This document shows, in pieces, positions 12,851 through 28,918 of a DNA stretch of 64,000 nucleotides. The stretch lies in assembly GCF_009914755.1 (NCBI RefSeq), contig NC_060932.1; one strand, 5' to 3'. The stretch is from the human T2T-CHM13v2.0 reference genome, Homo sapiens. Position numbers and translations under genes: made by a program. The notes under the pieces were generated by a model. The model was not told the origin of the DNA and made no database searches. It saw nothing but the letters and a program-made list of their open reading frames with translations. Positions within the stretch are counted from its first letter, which is position 1. The number at the start of each line of letters is the position of its first letter.

Positions 12851-13429
12851 GTCGAGACTGCTGGCTCCTGAACGTCGACTAACTGTACTTCAGCTGGCTC
12901 CCCTACCAGAGAAAGAGCAGAGCAGAAAGGAGGCCAAGACAACCCACAAGCACTCTTTCTCCGAAGTTCTTCGAAAGGCTTTAAAGCCAATGGATGAGAT
13001 GAGCTTTTAAAAATTATATTATCATCATTATCTGTAGACCTGTATTCCATTCCAAAAGATAATTTTCTGTTGAATTAATAGCTTTTGGAGTTTATTAAAA
13101 ATCAGAGAAACTCAGCTATACAATAAAGCTTATAGAGCCATATTTCCAGCTCAAGAGCCAGATGCTCTTCAGTGAAGACTGAGAATAAATTACATTTCTG
13201 GATATAAGGTACTCACTATTATGATTTTTAATCAATAAATATTTTTAAATTTCTCATTTAATTTTGCACAGAAATCAGTTTTTAGCATTTTTCGTGCTGT
13301 CAAATTATACAAATTTATGTTTGAGAATCACTCATTAAGTACATTCAATGTAGTGAGGCAATATAAATGCCATCTCTGAGAAACAATAAGCCAAAATATG
13401 CTGAACAATTAAATAGGTAAGAAAACTAA

Positions 13430-13763
<334 letters not shown>

Positions 13764-13925
13764 ATCTTTTTGTGAATTATTTAGCTCTTCCTCATTGTGC
13801 AATATCTAAGTATATGAAAAGAACATAAACTTATTGGAATTATGCTAATGTACAAGAAGAGGGCTAACATGTCAATGATAAAGGAAATAATCTCAAGTAT
13901 GAGTTGTACAGACCATTAATTTTTA

Positions 13926-14214
13926 AAATATAACAGCTTTATTGAGAGATAATTCACATAACATACAATTCACCTATTTAAAGTGTACAATGAGTTTTAG
14001 TATATTCAGAGTTGTACAACCATCACACCACAATCGACTTCAGAACGCTTTCATTCCCCCAAAAAGAAACCCATTACTCATTAGGAGTCACTCCCTACTT
14101 CCTACCTGAGCCCCTCCCCACAACTCCTGGCCCTAGGTAACCACTACTTTACTTTCTGTCCCTACAGATTTGCTCATTCTGGACATTTCATATAAATGGT
14201 ATCATATGATGTAT
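13926..14214 (-). mobile_element. L1MB-like 3' end with TSD
   Basis: cagctttattgagagataattcacata..ttctggacatttcatataaatgg; flanked by cagaccat(t/c)aatttt. Confidence 0.85.
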
Positions 14215-14314
14215 CAGACCATCAATTTTAATAATATGTGAACTGTCTCCAAATAGAATTCTAGTAATCCTCACATTCTGTGAGATGTTCTGTAAGACCT
14301 TGCAACCTTCAGTG

Positions 14315-14419
14315 AGGGCCTGGGATAGTCTGATTTAGTAGTCTAGGTGGTGGCCCAGGAATCTGCATTTGAAGTTCCTGATATTGTTCTGATGATCACA
14401 CAGCGTTAGAAACTACTGC
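14315..14419. mobile_element. MER5-like hAT fragment
   Basis: gtggcccaggaatctgcattt..gatattgttctgatg..gaaactactg. Confidence 0.6.
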
Positions 14420-14432
14420 TGTACCACCTAAG

Positions 14433-14736
14433 TTTTTTTTTTTTTTTTTTTTTTTTTGAGACAGAGTCTTGCTCTGTTGCCCAGGCTTGAGTGCAGTGGT
14501 GTCATCTTGGCTCAATGCACCCTCCACCTCCCAGGAAGTGATTCTCCTGCCTCAGCATCCTGAGTAGCTGGGGTTACAGGTGCCCACCACCACACCCAGC
14601 TAATTTTTGTAATTTTAGTAGAGATGGGGTTTCACCATGTTGGCCAGGCTGGTCTCGAACTCCTGACCTCAAGTGATCCTCCTGCCTCGGCCTCCCAAAG
14701 TGCTGGGATTACAAGCGTGAGTCACCGTGCCTGGCC
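14433..14736 (-). mobile_element. Alu (AluS)
   Basis: Poly-T plus dimeric Alu consensus. Confidence 0.95.
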
Positions 14737-15023
14737 TATTTCTTTATTAATAGTGTGACATTATAATTCATTTCTTCCCCAAAGTTGAAATTAGGTAATT
14801 TAGTAAAAATAAAACATCTCAAAGGTAGTTGGGTCTCTTATATGACTGAAGAACTTTTGAGATTCTAATTCCATACAGAGTTCCAGCAAAATCCCACTTA
14901 TGGCAGCTTCATGGGAGGATTATCTAAAATGCCCATAAGAAGCATGTCTTGAAAGAACTTATGACGCTCTCTTTTCTAAGAGAGCATAAAAGTTAAAAGC
15001 AAACAGCACTAGAGCCACCTTAC

Positions 15024-15239
15024 CTATATTCATGACCTGAGACTGAAGCGTCTGTCTTTGGCCAGGCTGGCTGCTGGGCCTCATGGGGATGCTGGCTGCT
15101 GGGTTCCGAATCATACCTCCTTGGACTGGCCGGTTCATGGCACTGGTGGTAGCAGCACAGGTGACTCTCACAGCCGAACTCTGCGGTGCCCATTCTCCAG
15201 ATGGCATAGTAGGCCGAGAAGCACTGTTACCAATCATTC
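15024..15239 (-). CDS. NCOA2: NCOA2 exon 14 (216 nt) MIGNSASRP...QSQVMNI
   Basis: Acceptor gcatgcag|GAATGA, donor ATAG|gtaagg; ORF 14959..15249. Confidence 0.97.
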
Positions 15240-16256
15240 CTGCATGCAAGCCAAAGAAAACTGAGAGATGCAGTAACTGAAAACATATTTAGCATGTATG
15301 AACACCAGATGATCTTACCCTACAAAACAATCATTCTGTAATTCACACTTAGCCAATAGCTAATGTTCTCATTGGGCAGATGTGGGACCTTGGCTAAGAA
15401 ATAACAATTGGCAATCACTACATAGTTTTCATAACATGGACCTGCCGCTCTTTATAGTTTAGAAAAGCTATTAAAATTGTTCCCATTTGTACTTAGAAAC
15501 AGGTGCCGTGGCGTGTGGATAACCCCAACTTCCTTCCTCAGGAAGTGAATCACATTAGCTGATATACACGTCAATGCTTTACTTTCCAAAAGGGAGGTAG
15601 AGGCCAAGAGGAATAAGGTAAAAACTGATAATCAATACTCTCATTATAAACGATAATCATAGAAGATATCTTGAAGTCTATATGAGACTTTATCCTCAAG
15701 TCTCCTTCAGGGTATACTTCAAAACTGACCAAGAGTAGCCTCTAAGCAATGGAGAACTTATAGATCTTTCTGATATTTACTGTAGTTCTTCATAGCCAAG
15801 GCAAGGGAGTTCCTTGCCTTGTATCCACTGTATTCCTGACTATACAGACCTAGAATGGGTTAGGACAGATTTGTAAAAATCCCTTCCTTTTTGAGGTGTT
15901 AACAGTTATCTGACCACACATAAGAGCGTAACGCTGCTAAGCAGGACTGTGTTTGCTCTGTCCTGTCCTGGCCCCCAGGATGCTGATAATGGCCAAACAT
16001 TTGCTAAGACTTGATATTCTAAAGGGAAAACTCTTCAAATGAGGTCTCTTCATTTTGAAGTGTTTAATGATGGATACATGAAGGTTCTGCTTTCAAATAT
16101 ATGGCTGCTTTCATTTTCTTTAATTACGATAAACAACTAAAAATGGGGTATATTTAACAAATGAACATGCATTGTGGGCGTTTCTTCACTTACGAAATGA
16201 GAATGTGCTGTGATGATTAAGGGTGAAAGGTAGTCAGTTAGATTTTAAAGTTAAGA

Positions 16257-16559
16257 GGCCAGGCGCGGTGGCTCATGTCTGTAATCCCAGCACTTAGGGA
16301 GGCTGCGGTGGGCAGATTGCTTGAGCCCAGGAATTCGAGGTGAGCCTGGGCAACATGGGGAAGCCTCATCTCTATAAAAAATACAAAAATTAGCCGGGCA
16401 TGGTGGCAGATGCCTGTAGTCCCAATTACTCAGGAGGCTGAGGTGGGAGGATCACTTGAGCCTGGGAGGTTGAAGCTATGGTGAGCTGTGATTGAGCCAC
16501 TGCACTCCAGCCTGGGTGACAAAGTAAGACTCTGTCTCAAAAATAAACTAAAATAAAAA
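16257..16559 (+). mobile_element. Alu (AluJ-like), antisense to NCOA2
   Basis: ggccaggcgcggtggctcatg..gaggatcacttgagcctggg..A-tail. Confidence 0.94.
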
Positions 16560-16781
16560 GTTAGAAGGGTATTCTATTAACACATATTTTAAAAACCATT
16601 TTAGAATTAGATTTGAACTATAGAAAAATATTATGGGAAAAAGGGATTTTATTTTTTTAAAAATCTGTTATCTAAATAATATGACAAGATTATAGGAAGT
16701 CTAGAAAGCAAAGAGAATGATCCATAATTCAACAATATTACTGCAATGATAAATGGGAAAGTCCCTCTCAGTCTGTGTTTT

Positions 16782-17084
16782 GTTTTTTTTGTTTTTTTTT
16801 TTTTGAGATGGAGTCTCACTCTGTTGCCCAGGCTGGAGTGCAGTGGTATGATCTCGGCTCACTACAACCTCCGCCTCCTGGGTTCAAGTGATTCTCCTGC
16901 CTCAGCCTCCTGAGTAGCCGGGATTACAGGTGCACGCCACCACGCCCATTTAATTTTTGTATTTTTAGTGGAGATGAGGTTTCACCATGTTGGTCGGGAT
17001 GGTCTCGAACTCCTGACCTTGTCATCCACCCGCCTTGGCCTCCCAAAGTGCTGGGATTACAGGCATGAGCCACCATGCCTGGCC
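16782..17084 (-). mobile_element. Alu (AluS) with TSD
   Basis: agtctgtgtttt on both sides. Confidence 0.95.
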
Positions 17085-18478
17085 TAGTCTGTGTTTTTTT
17101 AAACAGCGTGAGAGTATTGTATGATCTTCACAGGCTGGACACCAGTGCTCTCTTGGCTGCTCGGATTTTAATACAGGCCTATTCTCAAATTCCTGCAGAA
17201 GATTCCTACAAGAACTCATATCTTCTTGTATTCTGCTGGTAAGCCTTAATAAATCATGGCTCCTTTTTCTCTTATAGAACTTTATATAAATCAATATTTT
17301 ATTTATCTTAAATTTTAAATTAATCTTTGTTTACTGAATATTTAATGAAATGAATATGACTATATAATTAGTGAAGCAGTCAGTGCATGACATATGTGGC
17401 AGGCACCCAATAAATATTTGCTGAAGGAAAAAGTTACCTTAATACAGCACAGTTCACAGTTGCCATGAATTCCTTATAAACAATAGAAAGTTAAAAATCT
17501 ACTTCTTCCCCTTAAATTGAACTCTTATATTCAGTTAACTGTGTAAACAGCACTCAATGTGTGTATAGGGATACAGGCTTGGCTAAAAATAAAATACCAA
17601 CAGTTAAAACACCTACCACTATAAGTTCTTCTTACAAGATTTCTTTCCATGCCTTTGTTTCTAGTGACTCATTGAGACAGAGGAAGAAAGCTATAAACTG
17701 TGAGCAGCTTTGCATTAGAAAACAGCATCCTGCTATATCCATAATAAAAATATGTTACAGGGTACAGGATGTGGATGTGGTGGCAACAGCAATCGGTGCT
17801 ACTGCAGTGACTTCCAATCTGAACTGGATATAAGCTTGGGAATATAATGGCCACTGAGACAGTGACTACTACCTAGGAAATGTGCCTAGGCAAATTGCCA
17901 GACACCTGCAATTATAGCAGGTCAACATCCAAACCTGATCACAGGCAACTTCCTACATCTTCAAAAGGGAGCTGGGGACCAGATCTGAAAGCTATTAGGC
18001 CAGGCATATTACTGTTTAAAGTTCTTTATTTTTAATTAGTACTTTTTGGAATAAGAATTTTATCACCTAGAAGTATAAAAGGTTGGTTGAATTTTAAGCT
18101 CTTATTCTGAAATTCTCCAAACACAAATAATCAATCCATAAGTTTTTGAGGTATCAGTAAATTATCCCTGGAGTAATTTTATATATACCCTGCAATGCCT
18201 AGAACAGTAACTGGGATAGAAGTGAAATAAGTCTCAGCTATAGGATTAATGGTTGGAAACCTCATAAAAGTAACAATCACAGAATTAAATGGTTAGCTCA
18301 CCCAAAGGCTTTCCCACATGCCATTCTCACAGTGAAAATCTGTAGAATTTTCTCACTTTCAGATGTTATTTTCTAACATAAAAAGTTCACTTGAAAAATT
18401 CTACTAGTTTGATGTGGATAAATATACCATTAAATTAAATAACCCACCAATAAAGTAACAGTGCATTTGACCCCTTAC

Positions 18479-18685
18479 CTGTGCTACTGTTCCCTAAATT
18501 TCCTTGGTTTCCTATCATCCCTTGATTACCCATCATTCCTGGCTGAGGTATCACTGAGTAGGGACTACTGTTTCTGATTGGTGGGAAAGGTCCAGCACCA
18601 GTTGGGCTTTGCAATGTGATGTCAAGTGGTAAATTCTGGTTTGGCAATAACCTGCCCAGTTGCCCTGGTCGTGGGTTATTAAAAG
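18479..18685 (-). CDS. NCOA2: NCOA2 exon 13 (207 nt) [10 protein letters not shown]...GNLGNSST; frame-symmetric cassette
   Basis: Acceptor ctccttag|CTTTTA, donor ACAG|gtaagg; ORF 18435..18647. Confidence 0.97.
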
Positions 18686-18961
18686 CTAAGGAGAAAACAA
18701 ATGAAAATTGAAGGTTAATATAGGATAATGGAAAATAATATTAACAGTAGTGTTTAGGGACAATGTCTGTAAAATGACAAAGGTATGTATGTCAGGGACC
18801 AACTACCTAGATAAAAGACAAAATCACAGACAAAAAACACATGCAGCACCCCAAAGCATAGATGTGTGATCTAATCAACTGGTCTCTAATTCTTGACGAT
18901 CTTGCAAAACAAAACAAACACATGTATATTATTTACCATATACCTTCCTCACCAATAGTAA

Positions 18962-19780
<819 letters not shown>

Positions 19781-20508
19781 CCAATAGTAATTTCAAATAT
19801 ATAACTGTATTTGCTAATTAAACCAGTGTTTTTTTCACGTTATAATATTCAGACTTAGGAGTACTGCTTTCTCACAGCTATGAAGCTATTAACATCTCTT
19901 ACATATATCACCAAACCTATACATACATGGTTTGGATATTAGAACATCACTTCTTAACTGGGCTTTCCTAGGATTAGAATTAGATTAAAAGTGGTTACTC
20001 TCATTAGAAGTTAAAAATTTTAAGTGTGAACTCTGTTGCCTAAAGCAGTATTAAATTAAAGCTGTAGGACCCTGCTTACTTTTCAAAGTACAGCTTCTTT
20101 AAATTCTAGACATATTTGGATTTGATATGATTTTTATAGCTAGTTGACAAGAATTTATTGTGTACTAAGCACTAGACCAGCATCACACTGACAACCTATA
20201 ATTTGTTAACGCTATTAAATTTAATACTAAGATATTACAAATTATAGTAACTTATTACATAACATCAAGTACTTTATTTTCCTGAATTATATAAACATAG
20301 TCTGAAATAGCACATTTAAAAGAAAAAGTTCTTAACCATCAATGATAGAAATAAAATATTTTAAAAAATTAGGGCTGAGAATGGAAATTATGTGCGTGCT
20401 TAATCATGACTTCCTCAGGTTTGGTTATCAGGTTGCCATCAATAATCTGAATACCACCAGGAGCTACAGAAAGAGGAGAAACCATAAATTCTACACAGTC
20501 CTTCATAA

Positions 20509-20839
<331 letters not shown>

Positions 20840-20907
20840 TGTCTAGTGTGTTTCTTACCCAATTCTCAACTCTTTTGACTTCGTGATCTCCCATGATCCA
20901 CAATTAA

Positions 20908-21234
<327 letters not shown>

Positions 21235-22121
21235 TGACTGATGGTTGCCATTTTTGATCTGAGAACAAATGCCAGGTATTGGCTCAAATTGTATCTGAAA
21301 AGGAAAAATCACTCTGTTTTGCCAATTTAATGCTGAAGAGGTTATCTATCTTTCATAAATTATGGCCTTGCTACATAACAGATATTTTCTTCCATTCAAG
21401 ATTATCAGACAACTTCAGGTATTAATCAAGTTTGTAAACTGAGTGTTCATAGTAAACAAGTTTATCCTAAGCTTACAAAACTTTAAAATGAAAAGATAGA
21501 AGATGTTCTTTCTAAACAGACAACTTAACTTAGAATACATTTAGAAACGTAAAGTTCCACGTCAAGTGATGTTTATATGAAGATTCCTGAGACAGGGCAA
21601 GATTTTTAATGTGTGTAGCCCTTTCATGTAAAAATACTTTTAGTAGAATATTTTATTATTTTTTTTTAAATTTATTTTTTGTTACTACCAGCTGAGCAGT
21701 TTGGGAGGGTAGAATATTTTTAAATAGTGTATTATCCCTAAAAAGTCAGCATAGCTCCCAAATGTTATATATTTCAGTATTTCATTGTCTATTAAACACA
21801 TAAAATCCAGGATAAACTCCATGTCTGAAGGCAGTCACTGAAATGAAGGGAAATATGACAATCAGTTGAAGAACTTCATCAATGTAGGTCAGTCTCCCTG
21901 TCCAGTGCTGATTAAATTAACCCACAAGAGAATGTGAGAGAACCATGCTCAGGAGGATCCATTTTGAATACTGTTTCAAAAGACCAGGACAGTAGATGGT
22001 GCTATTTGATCACAAAAACCTTAAAGTGACTAAGCTGGTTGCATCAGACTTCAATAATCCCTGTTTCTGATAGTGATTATATGGAAATTTCTTGGCATAA
22101 CCAGCCATTTCTCATACTCAC

Positions 22122-22332
22122 TGCTCTGTGAAATTCGCAGTGCTGTTTTCTGGGCTCCAACAGGTGTGACAGGGCTGTTTTCAGCTGTGAGTTGCATGAG
22201 GTCATTGATGATGGCTTGCTTGTCAACTGATCCAGCAGGGGCGCCTGGCCTCGTGTCTGGGAAAAGCTGTGGTAATTGACTATTCTGCAAATCATCCAAA
22301 ATCTCCTCCAAGTTGTCCAGCTCACTGCCAGG
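22122..22332 (-). CDS. NCOA2: NCOA2 exon 12 (211 nt) [12 protein letters not shown]...ALRISQS
   Basis: Acceptor aactacag|CCTGGC, donor AGCA|gtgagt; ORF 22051..22458. Confidence 0.97.
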
Positions 22333-23079
22333 CTGTAGTTGACAAACAGAAGAGTTTATCCAGTCTACTCTAAGAGTAGACACCACAAGCCCATTTGCAA
22401 TCACTGACCTAACTGCCATAAGGCACCACAGCCAAATAAAATAGGTAGATTCCTGCATACCACAGGCCTAACAGATAATTGATCATCTTTTAAAAAATTA
22501 GGTTAACAAAGGACAAATAATTTAATCTCTTGGTCCTCAATTTCCTCATCTATAAAAAGAGATGGCTGAATAAGAAAGAAAGCTCTCTTCCAGCATTGTG
22601 ATTTATTGGCAATTTATAAATTCTCCTTTATTTTATGCTTATCATTCAATTAATTATAAGAATATATATTTCCAATTAATTATGAATAGACTATGACTTT
22701 GGTCCAGGTCTAGGTTTTATCATCAAAACTCCCTAAGAAATAACAACAACAAAAAACTGGCATATAATGTAATCCAAATTTGCACCCAATCAGTATTTAA
22801 CAAACAGTCATTTCCCTTCAGGATTTTTTTTTTTTTAATCTTTAAAAGAACACAGGGGTGGGGAGAGAGAAGCAAAATAAGCTTGAAGCATCCATGAACT
22901 AAGCACTGCCTTTTCAATTTGAGTAGTCCTTTTTTTCTGCTTGGACTTTCAATTTTGAATGACAATGGCTTTCCCAGTCTTTTGCCAGCTTAGGTAACAA
23001 AGGTAGGGAAGCAGGATAAAAACTGGTTGCCCCCCAAACATAGCACTATTAACCTAATTATACAGAAGCTATAAAAATG

Positions 23080-23388
23080 TTTTTTTTGTTTTTTTTTTTC
23101 TGAGAAAGGGTCTTGCTCTGTCACCCAGACTGGCGAGCAGTAGCGCAAACACTCATCCCTGTAGTCTTGATCTCCTGGGCTCAAGTGATCCTGCCACCTG
23201 AGCCTCCTCAGTAGCTGGGACCACAGGCATGCACCACCACCACCATGTCTGGCTAATTTTTTGATTTTTTTTTTTTTTAGAGATGGGGGTCTCATTTTGT
23301 TGCCCAGGCTGGTCTCTGAGCTCAAGCAGTCCTCCTGCCTCAGCTTCCCAAAGTGCTGGGATTACAGGAGAGAGCCACCGTGCCTGTC
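23080..23388 (-). mobile_element. Alu (AluJ-like) with TSD
   Basis: tacagaagc(t/c)ataaaaa on both sides. Confidence 0.92.
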
Positions 23389-25135
23389 TACAGAAGCCAT
23401 AAAAAATGTTTTTAAGTTTTCTCTTCCATTAAAAAAAAAAACAAAATTCAAGCACTAACATAAGCTAAGTATCACCACTATTTCACACTTAGCACTTTTC
23501 TGCTAGGAAGCTAAACTGGAATTTATTCTAGATTTTACAGATATTCTTTTAAATATAACCTATCTATGTGCCAGATATTTAAAATCAGATAGTGCATGCT
23601 AGGATTGCTTTCTAGTGCAGAAAGTAGTACGAACGATTTTCTTGATGTGTAAGTGGAAAACGTAAGTTAGTTTCCTCAGTCATTGGACTTTGAATCCTTG
23701 ACCACAACTATTCCTTTCATCTACACTGGCAAATCAAATGAAATACATGGCATACATCTAATAATGAGTTACACTGAAAGTAGGATGGCTTACATTTTTA
23801 TCCGACATACAATTCCTCCCCATGCAGAGGTTGGATATGCTAAGATTTTTGCAACTTACAGCAAATTTAACATCCATATGAGATGTTTTTTGATTGGAAA
23901 TATTTCTCAAGTTAGGAAGAATAGAATGAAGTGAGATTTTATTTGGTTCTTCTCAGAGACAACTAGCTTAGCAATGATTGGGAGATCCATTTTCCTAACG
24001 CATTGTTAGAGCAATTACAAGACCATTTTTTAGCTAGTTTAGCCACTCAATTGTAACAAAAGAGGGAGGTATCTAATACAGGAGAGTCAGTTATGAATTA
24101 AGAGCTGGGTTCCAAAGTTAGCATCCTAAAGTACCAACAGTCACAGACAGGTCAAATTATCCTTAAAGCTCTGTAGGAAGGCACCGCACTGACTATCTCC
24201 TCCAACAGCAACAGTCTTTCCTCCAGAGTGGCAGCAAATTACTATTTCTTTGGCTGAGTCCTAAGTGAAGTAGTTTATGTAGGGGCCATACTGCATTTAA
24301 AAAGCCCATAGGTACATGTTCACACTATTAGAGCCACAAGGGAACCAAAACCCAGCAAAGTCATGTCACCCACCTCATGATCACTCCACTACGGCAGGTA
24401 TTCATTGAGTTCAATGGTGGGCAAAACTGCTCATACTACTGAAATAACCATTTAATAACCATCTGTTCTTCCAGGAACATAAAACTGACTTTATGTACTT
24501 AAAATACATATGTAAAGTTGACTCCACTGTAATCTTCTTTATCATGTTTTGCTGAATGCATAAGGTATAAACTGTTATTCTCAGTATAAACATAGATTGT
24601 CCTCCAAGGACAGTGCCTAGAACTAAGTAATGGGCACTGAGTCAACACGATGATTTCTTTTAATCATATTAACACAAACTTTAAAAAATCTTCCCCAAAT
24701 CAGTAATTTTTTTCATAGGAATTCCTATAATTTCCATTACTTTTTCAGAAAATGTTTCATAAAAATGTGTGGTAAATTTCCTTACACTTGTCATGAAGAT
24801 AGATCAGAAAAAGCCTCTAATAAACTGAGAAGGTTATATCTGTTCTATGAAAACCAGTTTCCCTACTACAATGTTGTCCTGTGTTGAGCATTTTTAAAAG
24901 GTAGAAGCTCCATGTGTGGGGGTGAGGGAGGTGGGCTATAATAAGTGATGAGTTGCCTCTTGAGAAAGCTCTGCAGATTACTTTTAAGAGAAATATCCAA
25001 AATAAATAGGTCCATGTAAACAATAAAAGTAAAGTATGTTATTTCTCAATGGATACATTTATATTTGCTTCCAATCCCAGACATATGTAAAAGGAACTTT
25101 TGACAATATATATTAAGAACAGTCTAGACTCACAC

Positions 25136-25436
25136 TTTTCCTTTTTTTTTTTTGGAGACAAGGTCTCACTCTGTCACCCAGGCTGGAGTGCAGTGGTGTA
25201 ATCTAGGCTCACTGCAACCTCCGCCTCCCAGGTTCAAGCAATTCTCCTGCCTCAGCCTCCCCAACAGCTGGAACTACAGGTGTGCACAACCACACCTGGC
25301 TCATTTTCGCATTTTTAGTAGAAATGGGGTTTCACCATGTTGGCTAGGCTGGTCTTGAACTCCCAACCTCAGATGATCTGCCTGCCTTGGCTTCCCAAAG
25401 TGTTGGGATTACAGGTGTGAGCCATCGCGCCCGGCC
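25136..25436 (-). mobile_element. Alu (AluS)
   Basis: Poly-T plus dimeric Alu consensus. Confidence 0.94.
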
Positions 25437-28267
25437 TAAATACATTTTTCTTAAGAAAGCCATTCAGGATCTTCTTAGTATCAAAAGGAACTAGTTCTAT
25501 GAAGGCTTAAAACTATGAACACTATTTGAATTCATTCAAGCTTGGCATCTGAAAAATGCACTATGAAGTTTTCCCAACTAGAGATAATATTGCTTTGCCT
25601 GTGTTTATTCCTTGTCAATTTATGGAGTACACATTTAACATTAATTGTCGTAAGTTCACTTTACATGTTCTTCTTCAAGGAGATAAAGTTCAGAATATCT
25701 ATACCCCTCAGGTTAACAGTAACATTTGATGACTACAGAATTTTTTTTTTTCTGTATTCATGTAAGTTTTGGAAGGAATAAATTTGATCACATTAAGTTT
25801 CTGTTAAAAAATTTTCTCCCCTCAATTTTTGTAGGCTTTAATTCTCATCAAAAGTTCTTCTAGTCTCTATCCACTTTGTTAGGCACAATTTCTTTACAAG
25901 ACAAAAAGATTAATGCCTTCCTTTAAAATGCTTTGCCAAGATACTTCAAAGTTTTGCTTAGGCATCTATTTGAATGCTCAAATTAGCCACATCAATTTGA
26001 GTTGTTAGTTTAAACTATTTCAGGCAGAAAATGAGTCAGAAAGATTTTTATAAAAGTTCTACAAAATGAAAATCAGACTTGATTTCTTTAATTTTTCATT
26101 TTTCTGGTTTTAGGATTTTTTCATGTCAAATCAACTTGTTCTCTGCAGGAAATATAAAAAGCACAAGCATTTAAACAACATCAGTATTCTAATAAATTAC
26201 AAGGCATCTTTTCAAAATATTTTAAATAAAAAGTATAATTTTACCATATTTGCCTAACACAAAGTTGTTAAGAAATGGTAATACAATTCTACCACATCTG
26301 GAGAGAAATTTTCAGGACACTATCAGTTTAAAATATGGTTTGCCTTTCTAATGGAGTCAAATACCAAGAAGAAATTCTTTTTAGACTATTTCCAAACCCT
26401 TATCATACGTGTCTCAGCAGCATTAGAAAGGACCCAGTAGTATCGTTTGGTTAAGTATCAACCATGTTCCACTGTGTAAATAAGCATGTAACTTAAAAGT
26501 GTGTAAACATACTGGAAATTTTTCTGTTACTGTTTCCTGCTGGTTAGGAAATGCTGTAGAAACAAATGTTTAACCACTCTGCTCGGTAAAAAATGCTATT
26601 TTGGGTATAATAGCACCATCGAAGTACTTCCTGTCATTAATAAGTTAGTAATAGGTTAAACACACACTCAGTCAATGGCTCTTTTCTGAATCAAAATAAC
26701 AAGACAGTTAACTGTGCAATTCAGACTCATTAATAGTTTGTTTTATCTCACTAAATAACTTATTGTATTCCCTTGAAATGAAAGAAAAGTCTTCAATAAG
26801 TTTGTACAGCAATCAATAGGAGATACAATTAACCTGTATTTGGAAACAGTGAAGGTGAGCAAGAGGTGAAAGAATCATTGTTTTTTTCTTAAAGTAAGTC
26901 ATTCTAACTTTGATCTAAATATAGGTAATGCACACTTCCTGTGGTAACTTTTCAAGCTGCAATGTTTTTGATGTTAAAATTGCTCTAAAGCAGTACTTCT
27001 GGTGGAGTTTTACATGAGAGTAAAGGGAGGGCGAGACCAGAGACTGGATTTCATTAAGAAAAATATACTTACTATATGTGCCTCTGTGTGTGTGCACATG
27101 CATGTGTGCCTGTGTACACTGCTTTTTGATTCACCCCAAAAAAACAGATCTGTGCTGATTACACTCTGGACTTTATGTTTCCTAGGTGAGACAATTTTTA
27201 TCAGAAAAACATTTCTCCTAAATAAATAACCTGAAACTGCAAGTGACTCAAGGAGTTTTTAAAAAACTCCTCTTTTGTCAGTTTCTTGTCTGAAGTTAGT
27301 GCAATCACATAAATAAATACAGAAATACCAAAGAGTGGCCCCTTTCCTTGACCCTCTAAGTCCCTTGGGCCTCAGATCAGGCCTAGGATAGAAATAAATC
27401 GTTTACACAGGGAAGGCCTGGCCACGTTAGACACTAAGCTAGGGGAGACCATCTTGCCCTCCAGCATGTGTCAAGAGACCGGAGTGCCATTGTCTGTGCC
27501 TGCCACTCTGGATTACCACTAGCTGTGTAGATTCTAATCTAGTACACCTCAAAAGATTAAAACACTTACAGGTGTTAATATGGTTTTACATTTCACTTTA
27601 TTCAAGACATTGCTATTAATTTTCTGCTGAGACACCAGTTTCCCCATTTAATGATTTTACAGTGTTACGGAACAGCTGCTAATAGAACCTTGCACTAATA
27701 TCTAAGTTTAAGGATTAATCACCCAAGACGTTTATATAATTTGGCTCCGCTTCCCTTGTGAAGGACATGAAGGTTTGAAAAATTGTATCCGACCTTTAGG
27801 AATGGTAGCAGCTGTCGAGACATCAAAGTGAAAGAAATAAGGAAGCCAAGTGCTTAGAAGCCTAGATGGAGCCCAGCTAGAAGAGCAAGTGTGGCCTTGG
27901 CTTCCCTGAGGATGGCTCTCAACCCCAGACCTGCCTCTGGGTTAGCTCTACCGACTCAGCAGAGCTCCAAGGTACAGCAAGGGGTGTGCTTTTCCTCTCT
28001 CCATCCATTGAAGACACTGACACATGAAATATCCTCTCGCAAAACAAATTTCAAGGACAAACCTTGAGTCATTTAAAGTAGGAAAGCCCTCTTGGCTTCT
28101 TCACTTCTTAACCAATCATGACCCAAGAACAGATAAGAAGTATAGGGCATATTCAGGGACTAGAGAAAAGTGATGGCTAGGGTAAAGTCTTTGATCATTG
28201 ATTCCCTAGGAAACGTCTCATGCCAAGTCACTGTGGCTGTTAATAACCCATGTTTTCTTTAAATGGG

Positions 28268-28551
28268 TTTTAATTTTTTGAGACAGGGTCTCAATCTATT
28301 GCCTAGGCTGGAGTGCACTGGTGCAGTCATAGCTCACTGCAGCCTCCAACTCCTGGGCTCAAGCAGCCTCAGCCTCCTGAGTAGCTGAGACTACAGGTGC
28401 ATGCCACCACACCTAGCTAATTTTTTATGTTTTCTAGAGATGGGGTTTCATCATGCTGCCCAGGCTGGTCTTGAACTCTTGTCCTCAAGCAGTCCTCCAC
28501 CTTGGCCTCCCAAAGTGTTGGGATTACAAGCATGAGCCACCTCACCCAGTC
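28268..28551 (-). mobile_element. Alu (AluJ-like)
   Basis: gagacagggtctc..catagctcactgcagcctcc..ctgggctcaagc. Confidence 0.92.
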
Positions 28552-28635
28552 TGTTTTTGTTTTTTTAATAAAGAAAAATAGCTTACTTTTTCCCTGTGAT
28601 GTCATTATCTCCTTAGAGGATTATCAAGAATGATT

Positions 28636-28918
28636 TGGGGTGGAAGGTTGAGGAGATGTTGGTCAAAGGATACAAATTTCAGTTAGCCGGGAAGAGTAAG
28701 TTCAAGAGATCTATTGTACAACACTGTGGCTACAGTTAGTAACAATGTATTATATGCCTGAAAATCACTAATAGATTTTAAGTGTTTGTACCCCAAAAAG
28801 TATGTGAGGTAATGTATTTGTTAATTAGCTTGGTCTAGCCATTCCAGGATATGGATTTCAAAACAACATGTTGTATACCATAAATATATACAATTTTAAT
28901 TTGTCAAGTATAAATAAG
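28636..28918 (+). mobile_element. L1MA-like 3' end
   Basis: ggtcaaaggatacaaatttcagttag..ttcaagagatctattgtacaac..ataaatatatacaatttt. Confidence 0.85.

Noticed and set aside
12608-13050. 142-aa and 80-aa minus-strand ORFs
   Set aside because: Overlap decayed Charlie transposon sequence; no recognisable domain or splice context.
15797-15821. 10-bp hairpin caaggcaagg/ccttgccttg (similarly 27251-27271 and 48555-48568)
   Set aside because: Short or low-complexity stems, close to chance expectation; terminator logic does not apply to a Pol II intron.
22333-22458. Open frame upstream of exon 12 (and similar run-ons at exons 6, 7, 9, 11, 14)
   Set aside because: Intron read-through with no matching splice site or p160-like composition, unlike the exon 19 extension.
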